From the IMG/VR virus record IMGVR_UViG_3300033067_001144: a stretch of DNA of 64,000 nt. One strand, given 5' to 3'. The stretch is from an uncultured virus (IMG/VR IMGVR_UViG_3300033067_001144) (taxonomy: Duplodnaviria; Heunggongvirae; Uroviricota; Caudoviricetes). Shown here piece after piece: positions 7,730-17,282 of this stretch. A program made the translations under genes and the position numbers. Below the pieces are notes generated by a model, which had not been told where the DNA came from, did not search any database, and saw nothing but the letters and a program-made list of their open reading frames with translations. The stretch's first letter is position 1. Each line of letters begins with the position of its first letter.

Positions 7730-10123
7730 ATGAGTCGTATTGATCCTGGGGCCCTTGCGGCCAAGATTCGCGAGATCGGTAAGAAGGTCGACAACGAGCC
7801 GATCTCCCTGGAACGTGGTAGCTACGTGTCTGGTACGATCAGCACGGGCTCGCTGATCGTGAACCTGATGTTCGGGGGTGGTGTTCCGCCTGGCAAGTGG
7901 ACCACGGTGTGGGGCCCCGAGATGTCGGGCAAGACCACGATGACTATGAGCACGGTCGCGCAGGCTCTCCGTGGGGATGACCCCACCCCGGTCATTTACT
8001 TCGACCATGAAGCTGCGATGGATCCGATCTACGCAGCCAACTTGGGGATTCGCACGGCCTCGAAGAACGATCGTACGAAGCAGAACCCCTACTTCACATA
8101 CACGCAGCCCACAACGGGTGAGCAGACGTACCGCATGATCCTCCGCATCCTCAACGAGATGCCGGACTTCGTGGGGGAGCCGAAGGCGGGCAGGCCCCGG
8201 CCGTCCATTCTCTTCGTAATCGACAGCCTCGCGGCCATGAGCCCCGAGGTGCTGATCGAAGAGGACGAGAAGAGCGCGATGGCCCAAGGTGGCCGCATGC
8301 ACTCGGACTACATGCGTCGCATCAAGGCCATCCTCGGTCGTAAGAACGGCTCAATCTTCGCGACGAACCAGCTCCGTGTGAAGCCCGGGTTCTGCTTCGA
8401 CTACAGCACACGTGTTGTTCTCGCAGACGGAACCACAGAGCGCATCGGAGTCATCGTCAAGAATCGACTCCCCGTAGAGGTGATGTCTTTCGACCCCGAG
8501 ACCAACAAGGTTGTTCCTCGCAAGGTCGTCGGTTGGTTCCGCAATGGCTATGCAGACCACTTCCTCTCGTTCAAGACGGAGAACGCGTCTGGCTTGAACG
8601 GTTACACGGACTGGGCTTGCACCCCGGATCACGACATCTTTACGCCTGAGGGTGAGAAGAAAGCTCGTGACCTGAAGGTGGGGGACCTCGTGCTAGGTCG
8701 CGGGCAATTTGCGCTCAACAAGCTCCAGCGCTCCGTTGCTTACGGATCGATTCTCGGAGATGGAACGCTGCGGAAGCACTCTCCCCACAAGGTGGAGCTT
8801 CGCATCGCTCACGGTCCTCAGCAAACCGAGTACCTCAAGTGGAAGCGTACGCTGTTCGGGGATCTCGCCTCTGATCTCCACGTACACACCAAGGATGTTC
8901 TGGGTTTCACGGTGAGCCCCTCTGCGGATCTTCTGGACGTGTACGACGAGGCTTATCCCTCTCGTGGTGTCCGGGGTCTTCCTCGGAAGATGCTCAAGAA
9001 GATGGACCTGTTGGCCATGGCCATCTGGTACATGGACGACGGAACGTTTGTAGCGCCTAAGAAAGGGTGGTCCCTGAACGGCCGCAGCTCCATCTCCTGT
9101 GTCTGGTTGTCGGATGAGGACGCAAAGAAGCTCAGCAAGTCCCTTGTCAAGCTGGGCCTGCCTGAGCCTCGTCTGTACACGTACTTCCACAAGAAGTCTG
9201 GCAAGATGATCAAGCGCCTTCAGTGGAACGGAAAGGCTAGCCGAGCGTTCCAGGAGAAGATCGCTCCGTACATCCATCCTAGCATGGAGCACAAGATCCA
9301 TGCGGATCTTCGCGGTCGATTCGATGAGATCGCTCCGCAGAAGGCCAATCATCGTGAGAAGATGATCCCGGTCAAGATTCTCGCGATTCAGAAGAAGCCG
9401 AAAGGCAAGTACCCGTATCAGATGGAGAAATTCGACCTCGAAGTCGAAGGCCATCACACGTACATGGTTGGTAGTGGAGGGGTCGGGGTCCATAACTCCA
9501 TGGGCGATCCCAGCTACGAGCCGGGTGGTGAAGCTGTCAAGTTCTTCGCGGACTTGAAACTCTTCATGCGCGCGGTTCAGAAACCGAAGAACGAGCGCGG
9601 CATGGACATGCGCGTCATCAACCTCAAGACGACCAAGAACAAGATGTTCCCTCCGTTCAAAGAGGAGAAGGAAAAGCTGCACGTCGCGTTCGGGCGTGGG
9701 TTCGAGCGCTACTACGACGGCCTCGGTTGGCTGGAGATGATGAACCGCGTGCACGTCGTCGGCCGCGGGGACAAGCGCAAGAAGAGCGAACTCAAGTTCG
9801 GGGACAAGGCCATCGACGGTTCGTACGGTACGAACGAGCTGATCGAGCTGCTCTACACGAACAAGTTCCGTCGCTTCGCGGATCGCTACATGGCCAGTGG
9901 GGATGCGTTCCGGGACTACCTGAGCAACACCAGCGTGGCTCCCGATGCGACGGTCAACCCCGAGGATGCGGGCTTGAACTTCGAGGCTCAGAAGGCTGAG
10001 CGCAACAAGGAAAAGCTCAAGGCGCTGGAGAAGCGGGTGAAGGGTGTCCCCGACGAGCCGGAGCCCACGACTCCTGGCAAGCGCGGCAAAGAGAAGCCAG
10101 CCAAGAAGAAGAGCAAGAAGTAG
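7730..10123 (+). CDS. recA: RecA/UvsX-family recombinase, intein-containing
   Basis: ISTGS, Walker A GPEMSGKTT, YFDHEAAMDP, Walker B VIDSLAAM, TNQLR, PGGEAVKFFA, KNKMFPPF. Confidence 0.93.
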   Translation: MSRIDPGALAAKIREIGKKVDNEPISLERGSYVSGTISTGSLIVNLMFGGGVPPGKWTTVWGPEMSGKTTMTMSTVAQALRGDDPTPVIYFDHEAAMDPIYAANLGIRTASKNDRTKQNPYFTYTQPTTGEQTYRMILRILNEMPDFVGEPKAGRPRPSILFVIDSLAAMSPEVLIEEDEKSAMAQGGRMHSDYMRRIKAILGRKNGSIFATNQLRVKPGFCFDYSTRVVLADGTTERIGVIVKNRLPVEVMSFDPETNKVVPRKVVGWFRNGYADHFLSFKTENASGLNGYTDWACTPDHDIFTPEGEKKARDLKVGDLVLGRGQFALNKLQRSVAYGSILGDGTLRKHSPHKVELRIAHGPQQTEYLKWKRTLFGDLASDLHVHTKDVLGFTVSPSADLLDVYDEAYPSRGVRGLPRKMLKKMDLLAMAIWYMDDGTFVAPKKGWSLNGRSSISCVWLSDEDAKKLSKSLVKLGLPEPRLYTYFHKKSGKMIKRLQWNGKASRAFQEKIAPYIHPSMEHKIHADLRGRFDEIAPQKANHREKMIPVKILAIQKKPKGKYPYQMEKFDLEVEGHHTYMVGSGGVGVHNSMGDPSYEPGGEAVKFFADLKLFMRAVQKPKNERGMDMRVINLKTTKNKMFPPFKEEKEKLHVAFGRGFERYYDGLGWLEMMNRVHVVGRGDKRKKSELKFGDKAIDGSYGTNELIELLYTNKFRRFADRYMASGDAFRDYLSNTSVAPDATVNPEDAGLNFEAQKAERNKEKLKALEKRVKGVPDEPEPTTPGKRGKEKPAKKKSKK
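8393..9496 (+). mobile_element. Intein with LAGLIDADG endonuclease in RecA (368 aa)
   Basis: Starts CFDYSTRVVLADG; CTPDH; GSILGDG and AIWYMDDG; ends FDLEVEGHHTY...VHN followed by Ser+1. Confidence 0.95.
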
Positions 10124-10130
10124 GGGCACT

Positions 10131-10898
10131 GTGAAACTCAAGGGCAACTACATCCTTCACGGGGAGGCTCTTGAGACGCTCAAGGCGATACCCAAGCGCA
10201 GTCATGCGCTGATATACGTGGACCCTCCCTTCAACACGGGGAGGGTTCAGGAGCTTCATGCAGGGAGCTACGAAGACAGCTTCGAGTCCTATGGAGACTT
10301 CCTCTATCCTATCCTTCGGAAAGCCGTTCGTCGACTTACGGAACGCGGCAGCCTCTTCGTGCACCTGGATCGCCGAGAGGTTCACTACGTGAAGGTCTTT
10401 CTGGATGAGCTGATGGGTCGAGCCTGCTTTCGCAACGAGATCATCTGGGCGTACGACTTTGGGGGCCGCTCCAAGGTTGAATGGCCTCACAAGCACGACA
10501 CGATTCTGTGGTACAGCCGTGATCCGAAGCACTGGACGTTCCACTACGATCAGATCGACCGCATTCCCTACATGACCACTTCCCCTGGACTCGTCTCCCC
10601 TGAGAAGCTTGCGAAGGGAAAGACTCCTACCGACGTGTGGTGGAACACCATCGTCCCTACCATGAGCAAAGAGCGGACGGGCTACCCCAGTCAGAAGCCA
10701 CTGCCAATTCTGAGGCGTATCCTGAACGTGCACAGCAGTCCCGGAGACCGTGTGTTGGACTGCTTTGCAGGTAGTGGTACAACGGGAGACGCGGCTGCAG
10801 AACTTGGACGCGTTTTCACGCTGATCGATCGCAACCCGGAGGCCATTCGGGTCATGTCCGCCCGACTTCAACACACGCACTACAAAACAGCACTCTGA
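10131..10898 (+). CDS. DNA amino-methyltransferase (N6-A/N4-C), beta class
   Basis: YVDPPF motif IV, GYPSQKP, VLDCFAGSGTT motif I. Confidence 0.92.
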   Translation: MKLKGNYILHGEALETLKAIPKRSHALIYVDPPFNTGRVQELHAGSYEDSFESYGDFLYPILRKAVRRLTERGSLFVHLDRREVHYVKVFLDELMGRACFRNEIIWAYDFGGRSKVEWPHKHDTILWYSRDPKHWTFHYDQIDRIPYMTTSPGLVSPEKLAKGKTPTDVWWNTIVPTMSKERTGYPSQKPLPILRRILNVHSSPGDRVLDCFAGSGTTGDAAAELGRVFTLIDRNPEAIRVMSARLQHTHYKTAL

Positions 10899-10991
10899 GC
10901 ACACACCATGCCCTCGCACGGCCGCATGAATCGCAAGGTCCGTGAGGCCGTGCAGGCTGAACGCTCCCGACTCCAGAAAGGTACGACCATA

Positions 10992-11603
10992 ATGAACTTT
11001 CCCATTCGACCCATCCTCAACTTCATCGACTTGGACGGAACCCTCACCGACAACCGCCATCGCACCCACCTTCGGGAGTCGGACCCAGCAGCCTACCTCA
11101 AGGCTCGGGTGGACGACACGGCTTCCCCGCTCTCGTTCGAGTACCAAGAGACGGTCGATGCGCTTCTGAAGAAAGAAACGCATATCGTAGGGGCCCCTTT
11201 CTCGCATCATCGCATCCTCATGACGGATCGTCCGATGTGTGCCGCTCGCGAGACGTTCAAGCTGTTGAACGAGCGAGGCATTTCGGATCGCATTCGGTTC
11301 GACAGCTATTCGTTTCGCACGTCGGTAAAGCCAAGCCCCGACGACAAGCTCGCACGCATCCTTGCGCTGACGACACACCTCATGAGTCAAAGAACTCAGC
11401 CGTGGCTCGTGGCTGTCGTGGTCGTAGACGACCGCCTTGAAGCGCTCGACGCTGTGCAGATTGCAGCGAAGAAAGGGCTTTTCGGGGTCCAACACGTTGC
11501 TTGTATTCACGTGCAGCAAGACTTCACGCTCAAGCTCGCGTCGTACATGCATTACATCACCCCCGACGATCAGCACTGCTTTCAAGATCCGCTCTGGACC
11601 TAG
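10992..11603 (+). CDS. HAD-superfamily phosphatase (PNKP 3'-phosphatase-like)
   Basis: FIDLDGTL motif I, ILMTDRP, VVDDR; start could be further upstream (10908). Confidence 0.7.
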   Translation: MNFPIRPILNFIDLDGTLTDNRHRTHLRESDPAAYLKARVDDTASPLSFEYQETVDALLKKETHIVGAPFSHHRILMTDRPMCAARETFKLLNERGISDRIRFDSYSFRTSVKPSPDDKLARILALTTHLMSQRTQPWLVAVVVVDDRLEALDAVQIAAKKGLFGVQHVACIHVQQDFTLKLASYMHYITPDDQHCFQDPLWT

Positions 11604-11612
11604 GAGTTCTCC

Positions 11613-12191
11613 ATGCCCCCGCGTGACAAGCCTCTGTTCCTGACGGCACGACCGCAGGGAGACGAGACGGTCGATCCCTCCGATCGTTGGTTCGGGATGA
11701 GCGAGCGCATTCTCCCCTTCTCGCTCCGCCTACCCCAGGACTACCCCTCCGTCCCTCCCGCATTGCTCGACCTGGAGTGGAGGTACTTCCACACCTTCGC
11801 GAAGGCCGTCGCGGATCATGCGAGTGTCGACATCATCAGCGAACGCTCGTTCAAGAAGATTCGACCCGAGGCCAAGTTCAAGCGCCTCATCATGGTCATG
11901 TCGTTGGAGAATCTGCACACGGACCCAGGTTCGGGGGTGTTCACGTGGGAAGGCTTTCGCGTGCATGTGGGAGAGTTCCCTGTCGTCAAATGCTTGTTCC
12001 GCGCGAAGCCTTCCACAGGTCAGGGGGCGATTCTGAGCGTCAGCTTCTTTGAAGCGCACCGCAACGACTACACGACGGTTGCGTTCTCGAATCCCCTCAC
12101 GTGTCGCGAGGACGCGCTCATGATCCTGTTCACATACTTTCAGCGCGAGGGTGTGTTGGCTCCGCGGAAAGACCTGGACCCTGAGGAATGA
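11613..12191 (+). CDS. Hypothetical protein
   Basis: AGGAG RBS; overlaps the sbcD start. Confidence 0.7.
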   Translation: MPPRDKPLFLTARPQGDETVDPSDRWFGMSERILPFSLRLPQDYPSVPPALLDLEWRYFHTFAKAVADHASVDIISERSFKKIRPEAKFKRLIMVMSLENLHTDPGSGVFTWEGFRVHVGEFPVVKCLFRAKPSTGQGAILSVSFFEAHRNDYTTVAFSNPLTCREDALMILFTYFQREGVLAPRKDLDPEE

Positions 12192-13249
12192 GGTTCCTGC
12201 ACACCGGAGACCTCCACATTGGGGCCTCGAAGCACGTCGTCTTGAAGTATCTCAAGCGGCAAGAGTCCATGCTCGACCAACTCATCGACCACGCACGGGA
12301 GCAGAAGGTCGACGCGGTGTTGATGGCGGGGGACATCTTCGACAGCGCGGACGTGACGCACGAAGAGCGCTCCCTCTTCACACGCAAGCTGCTCACGCTC
12401 GATTCGTTCGTCCCGGTGTTGTGCATTCCCGGCAATCACGACGAGGTGAGCCCCGGCCTGACGACACTGCACCCGTACGCACTCATGACGCGTGCGGGTC
12501 GGTTTCGTCAGTCCTACGTGGTCGAGCAGACGACGCTCGTGCAGATTCAAGACACGCTGTTCGTGCTCCTCGTGAGCAAGGGAGCGGACTTCAAGAGGCA
12601 CCTCCGCGCTACGCTCAAATCTCTCAGGCGCTCGTCCCTGGAGATCGAGTACAACCACCTCGTCGTGGTGGTCCATCAGACCGTCAAAGGGGGGCTCGCG
12701 GACAACGGCCACACGCTGCCCGATGGGGTGGACTGGAAAGACTCCGTGCCCTCCGACGTGCCCGTGACGTACTTTGCTCTGGGGGATCTCCACACCCACC
12801 AGAAGGTGGGTCGCTGCGCGTTCTACTCGGGCTCTCCCGTGATGACGAAGTTCGATCCGGTGGTGGCTCCGCACGGAGTGCTGCTGGTCGACACGAACGA
12901 CCCGAAGCATCCGACGATGCTTCCCATCGAGAGCCAGCAATTCCTCATCGTGAACGCGTCGGACGAGAAGGCGCTGCGCAAGGCCGAGACCGACGGCCAC
13001 CTCGTCAAAGCACGACTCTCGAAGAATGCAGACGAGAAGGAGCTGGCTCGCGTCCGCAACTCCAAGGCCGTCGTGAAGACGGACTATGCGAAGGTGGACG
13101 TCGACCTTGGAGAGCTCCGCGTCGGTACGTCCCTCGACAAGGACGTGTCCCGTGCGATGAAGCGTCGGGGCCTCAACAAAGCCGACCGCGCACTCGGTCT
13201 CGAACTGTTGCGTCAGCATCGTCCCGTGTCTCACGATTTGGCTGAGTAA
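12188..13249 (+). CDS. sbcD: SbcD/Mre11-like metallophosphoesterase nuclease
   Basis: HTGDLH, AGDIFD, IPGNHD, YFALGDLH, YSGSP. Confidence 0.92.
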   Translation: MRFLHTGDLHIGASKHVVLKYLKRQESMLDQLIDHAREQKVDAVLMAGDIFDSADVTHEERSLFTRKLLTLDSFVPVLCIPGNHDEVSPGLTTLHPYALMTRAGRFRQSYVVEQTTLVQIQDTLFVLLVSKGADFKRHLRATLKSLRRSSLEIEYNHLVVVVHQTVKGGLADNGHTLPDGVDWKDSVPSDVPVTYFALGDLHTHQKVGRCAFYSGSPVMTKFDPVVAPHGVLLVDTNDPKHPTMLPIESQQFLIVNASDEKALRKAETDGHLVKARLSKNADEKELARVRNSKAVVKTDYAKVDVDLGELRVGTSLDKDVSRAMKRRGLNKADRALGLELLRQHRPVSHDLAE

Positions 13250-13272
13250 GCTCCCTGTAAAAGGTCTGCACC

Positions 13273-14439
13273 ATGAACGATCTCAAGCTCACGCTCAAGT
13301 ACCGGCCGAAGACTCTCGACGAGATGATGGGTCAAGAGCTCGTCACCGGGCAGATCAGGGGCGCCCTCAAGCCGGACGCAAAGGGTCGCTTTTCGGTTCC
13401 GCAATCGATCCTCATCACGGGGCCTTGGGGCACGGGTAAGACGACGCTGGCTCGCATCATTGCACGCATGCTCAACTGCACCGAGAAAGGTCCGATGGAG
13501 GCCTGCGGTACGTGCCGTTCGTGCAAGATTCTGTTGCGCGGTCTGGCACACCCCGACGTACTTGAAGTGAACGCAGTTGCGGACTCCAGCATCGAGGACA
13601 TGAGGCGCATCATCGAGTTGGAGAAACTGTCTCCCTCGCATCGATACAAGGTCATCATCCTCGATGAAGCGCACGGCATCGTGCAGAAGTCTGCGAGCGC
13701 GTTCCTCAAGCCGTTCGAGGAGCCGTCTCCGAAGACGGTGTTCATCCTCTGCACGACCAACCCCGAGAAGTTGCTCGGGACCATCATCTCGCGGGCCACC
13801 AAGTTCAACCTCGGGCTGATTCCTCCCGAAGACTTCGCTCCCCGCCTCAAGTTCATCGCGAAGGAAGAGGGCTTTCGGCTGCGCACCGAGCACGCGGTGG
13901 CCATTGCGACGGCTGCACAGGGTCACGGCCGCGATGCGCTGGAGATCCTTCAATCGGTGCGGGATCACGTTCGTGGTACCGACAAGGAGCTTTCGAGCGA
14001 CGCACTCTCCAAGCTCGTGACGAGCGTTATCGAGAAGGCCGCACAGCTCTCTCCCGTGCAACTCTGCCCCGGCTACATGCGTCACCTTCTCTCGGGGAGC
14101 TACGGAGCGTTGGAGATCGCGGGTCGCGTCGAATCCCACGAATACTTCCTCGGCCTCGCGATCAACTTCACGAAGCAACTCATCTTTCAGCGCAAGGTTC
14201 CCAAGCGCACCGACGGTGCCTTCCGAGGCCACACCATGGAGTACGCCAAGGACTTCGACGTCGAGCACCTGACCGAGGTGTTCGCGCTGTTGACGCGAGG
14301 CCAACGCGATCTCAAGTCGTACCTCATTGCTCCAGCCGACGCACTCGACATGGTGACGTTGGAGATTCTCAACGTGACGCGGAAGTGGCCCAGCCTCGAA
14401 TCCCGCGAGAAGCAGTTGCCGAAGGCTGCATCGAAGTGA
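13273..14439 (+). CDS. dnaX: DNA polymerase III gamma/tau-like clamp loader subunit
   Basis: KYRPKT, GPWGTGKTTLARI, LNC...CGTCRSC zinc site, ILDEAH, LKPFEEP, FILCTT, TIISRA. Confidence 0.9.
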   Translation: MNDLKLTLKYRPKTLDEMMGQELVTGQIRGALKPDAKGRFSVPQSILITGPWGTGKTTLARIIARMLNCTEKGPMEACGTCRSCKILLRGLAHPDVLEVNAVADSSIEDMRRIIELEKLSPSHRYKVIILDEAHGIVQKSASAFLKPFEEPSPKTVFILCTTNPEKLLGTIISRATKFNLGLIPPEDFAPRLKFIAKEEGFRLRTEHAVAIATAAQGHGRDALEILQSVRDHVRGTDKELSSDALSKLVTSVIEKAAQLSPVQLCPGYMRHLLSGSYGALEIAGRVESHEYFLGLAINFTKQLIFQRKVPKRTDGAFRGHTMEYAKDFDVEHLTEVFALLTRGQRDLKSYLIAPADALDMVTLEILNVTRKWPSLESREKQLPKAASK

Positions 14440-14750
14440 GACGGCTTCCTGTGGTCACAGACCCCGACGGCACGGTGCACGACCCCGAATGCAAGCTGTG
14501 TTCGGGAGCCTGCTGTCGCGCCTTCGAGGAGATTCCGCTCACCAAGGAAGAGCACCTGTCAGGGCGGTATATCTCCGAGGAGCCCAAACCTGGGGTGTAC
14601 CAGCTCGCGGTGGGCTCGAATCGTATGTGCCCGCATCTGGGGTTCGACCACCGCTGCTCGGTCTACAGCGAACGGCCCCGAACGTGCCGTGTGTACTCGT
14701 GTCGCGACGACCGACGCATCACGTGGGAAATGAAGTTCCGACCCTTCTGA
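14436..14750 (+). CDS. YkgJ-like Cys-cluster (CxxCxxxCC) metal-binding protein
   Basis: CKLCSGACC...CPHL...CSVYSERPRTCRVYSC. Confidence 0.8.
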   Translation: MRRLPVVTDPDGTVHDPECKLCSGACCRAFEEIPLTKEEHLSGRYISEEPKPGVYQLAVGSNRMCPHLGFDHRCSVYSERPRTCRVYSCRDDRRITWEMKFRPF

Positions 14751-14757
14751 GGCAACC

Positions 14758-15006
14758 ATGACGACCCCGATCTCCGACGATACCGAATGCTTCACGTCTC
14801 ACGAACAGCTCATGAAGGAGCTTAGAGGCGTAGAGCAGAAGCTTGCGCTTCGACATGGGATTCGCTGTGAAGATGAACAAACCATCCGAGACGCGCTTGT
14901 TATGCTGGATCTCAACAATCGACTCCCCGAAGACGAACTCGTCGCGGACTGGCACGAGCTTATGGCTGCTCGTCATAGCCACAAAATCCGGGGAGCAGCG
15001 TGCTGA
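14758..15006 (+). CDS. Hypothetical protein
   Basis: GAGG RBS, small ORF within the operon. Confidence 0.6.
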   Translation: MTTPISDDTECFTSHEQLMKELRGVEQKLALRHGIRCEDEQTIRDALVMLDLNNRLPEDELVADWHELMAARHSHKIRGAAC

Positions 15007-17279
15007 CGCTCAAAGAACTCAATGCACGTAACGCCTATTGCTACAAGAAGCTCCACGTTCCCCTCGACAAGCAAGGGTTCGTGTTCGTGTCGGGGCAGAA
15101 CCGGGACGAACCTAGGCGATCGAACGGGGACTACGAATCGAACGGCTCGGGCAAGACGAAGATCTTCGAGCTGTTGACCCACGCGATTCACCAGACGACG
15201 AGTGTGGGGGACTCGAAGAACGATCTGCTTAACAAGTTCCGGCCGAAGGACTTCGAGCTCTCATTGGACTTCGATCGAGACGGGATTCCCTACCGCGTCG
15301 AGCAGTACCGCAAGCACAGCCAGTATAAGACGTGCCTGCGATTGACCGAGAACGGTACCCCGATTCACGCGGAGGGGACGCAGGCGATCAAGCAGACGCA
15401 GCAGCGTGTGGAAGCTCGGGTCGGCCTTTCCCTCGGAGAGTGGTACGGCTTCGTCTACCTCGCGCAGAACTCTACACACGCGATGGTGGCTGGTACTCCG
15501 GCTGAGAAGAAGCGCTATCTGAGTCGCGTGTTCGGAGTTGACGTGCTCGATGCCTACGACAAGAACCTCGCGGTGTTCCTGTCCGGTCAGAAGGACACCA
15601 CGAATCGTCTATCGGAGACTCTCGACCGCATCGAGGCTCTGGAGAAGGAAGAACGAGAACAGAAGGCCCCGACGAAAGAAGAGCTCGCGTCTCTGCGAGA
15701 CCGACGCACGGAACTCCAGGACCGCCTCGACACCCTCTCCGCGGAGCTCGCACAGCAAGCTCAACTGCACAAGCGTGAATCCCTCCTCCCGAAGCTCTCC
15801 AGTCACGGCTACACGTTGCAGGGGTGGTCCGCGGAGAAGCTCGCGAAGGAGGCCTCCGACGTCAAAGCCAACGTTGATCGCCTCCAGAACTCCGTGCGCA
15901 CTGAAGAGCGACGAGCCGAGCTGAAGGCACAACTCCCGAAAGACGCGCAACGGCCCGATCTTCCCGCTCTCGAAAAGGCCCTGCGCAAGGCCAAGTCCAG
16001 ACTGCAAGAGATCAAGGACCAGCGCACCGCCTACGAACGTTGGAAGCAACTCCAGCAAGAACGTACGCAGCTCTCGTCGCTTGATTCGGAGACATTGCAG
16101 GCTGTTGATCCCGATCGCTCCTACCGAGAAGAGCTCTCCAAGCTTGATGGGGAGCGTGCTGTCCTCCGACAGCAGCTTTCGGTTCTTCAACGACTCGACG
16201 GCAAGGCTACGTGTGAGGCTTGCCTGAGTCCAATTGACGCGAAACATACGCACGCATCCGTCGAAGAGAAAGAGACTCGGCTTCGCAAGATCGAAGGCAA
16301 ACGCAGCTCGCTTCAAGCCAAGGAGCAAGAGCAACTGGCTCTCCGGGATCAAGCGAAGCTCTACACAGGGTGGAAGAAGCGATCCGCTTCCGCCAAAGCT
16401 GTGGATCGCGTATCGTCCTCCGACGTCTCTGCGGCTGAGTCTTCCCTGGAAGCTGCTGAGAAAGAGCATCGAAAGGCTGCTGACCTCATGCGCGTGTGGG
16501 AGGCTCTGGACAGGCTTCCCTCGGCCCCTTCGTCTTCGCTTGACGACCTCAAGCGCGACGCAAAGCTCGAAGAAGAAACGTACGATCTGCTACGCGAAGC
16601 GAAGGCGTACGATTGGACGCTCAAGCTTGCAGACGTGCAAGAACTCACCGAACAGCAGAAGAAGCTCCAGCGGAAGCTGCTCAAGGCCCAGGACGAACTG
16701 ACGACGGCCAAGCTCCGTAAAGAACAAGCACGCACCCGTGCCGAGGAGATATCAGACCTCAAGCGCAAAGCGGAAGTTCTACAGGCGGATACGCACCGCA
16801 CCGAGGTAGCCGAAGTCTTGCGGGTCTCCCTGCAAGACGTGAAGCTGGCTCGACTGCGCGAAGCGACCCGCATCCTGACCACGGTGCTTCCGGGCTACAT
16901 CAGTGCCTTCTTTCGAGGAGGCCACATCAAGCTGCACATCGACGAGTCCCGCGAGGACAAGCTCGATCTGCTGTTCGAGAAGGGGGGCAAGATCATCAAC
17001 CTACGCAGCATTTCAGGCGGTCAAGCCAAGCGGCTCTCCGTAGCCATCATTCTGAGCTTCACCAAGCTCACGGCTCAGACCGTCAACGTCCTCGTGGCCG
17101 ATGAGCCGTACGGGGGCCTCGACCCTATCTCACGCGGAGTGTGCTTCGAGCTATTGCGGGACATTGCTGTTCCGACGACGCTGCTCACGGGCCACGAATC
17201 CGACGTGTCCAAACAGCGCTACGACCAACGATGGACGGTCGTGATGAAAGACCACGTTTCGACCCTGCATCGAGGATGA
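15000..17279 (+). CDS. sbcC: SbcC/Rad50-like SMC ATPase
   Basis: Walker A NGSGKT, Q-loop YLAQ, coiled coils with central CEAC zinc hook, signature SGGQ, Walker B VADEP. Confidence 0.92.
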   Translation: MLTLKELNARNAYCYKKLHVPLDKQGFVFVSGQNRDEPRRSNGDYESNGSGKTKIFELLTHAIHQTTSVGDSKNDLLNKFRPKDFELSLDFDRDGIPYRVEQYRKHSQYKTCLRLTENGTPIHAEGTQAIKQTQQRVEARVGLSLGEWYGFVYLAQNSTHAMVAGTPAEKKRYLSRVFGVDVLDAYDKNLAVFLSGQKDTTNRLSETLDRIEALEKEEREQKAPTKEELASLRDRRTELQDRLDTLSAELAQQAQLHKRESLLPKLSSHGYTLQGWSAEKLAKEASDVKANVDRLQNSVRTEERRAELKAQLPKDAQRPDLPALEKALRKAKSRLQEIKDQRTAYERWKQLQQERTQLSSLDSETLQAVDPDRSYREELSKLDGERAVLRQQLSVLQRLDGKATCEACLSPIDAKHTHASVEEKETRLRKIEGKRSSLQAKEQEQLALRDQAKLYTGWKKRSASAKAVDRVSSSDVSAAESSLEAAEKEHRKAADLMRVWEALDRLPSAPSSSLDDLKRDAKLEEETYDLLREAKAYDWTLKLADVQELTEQQKKLQRKLLKAQDELTTAKLRKEQARTRAEEISDLKRKAEVLQADTHRTEVAEVLRVSLQDVKLARLREATRILTTVLPGYISAFFRGGHIKLHIDESREDKLDLLFEKGGKIINLRSISGGQAKRLSVAIILSFTKLTAQTVNVLVADEPYGGLDPISRGVCFELLRDIAVPTTLLTGHESDVSKQRYDQRWTVVMKDHVSTLHRG

Positions 17280-17282
17280 CGT

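Noticed and set aside
10131..10898. Restriction-modification system
   Set aside because: No recognisable cognate endonuclease is adjacent; treated as an orphan methyltransferase
8693..11585. Long minus-strand ORFs (also 17987-19462, 45012-47015, 52541-53857 and others)
   Set aside because: They are antisense shadows of GC-rich + strand genes, with no motifs or RBS of their own
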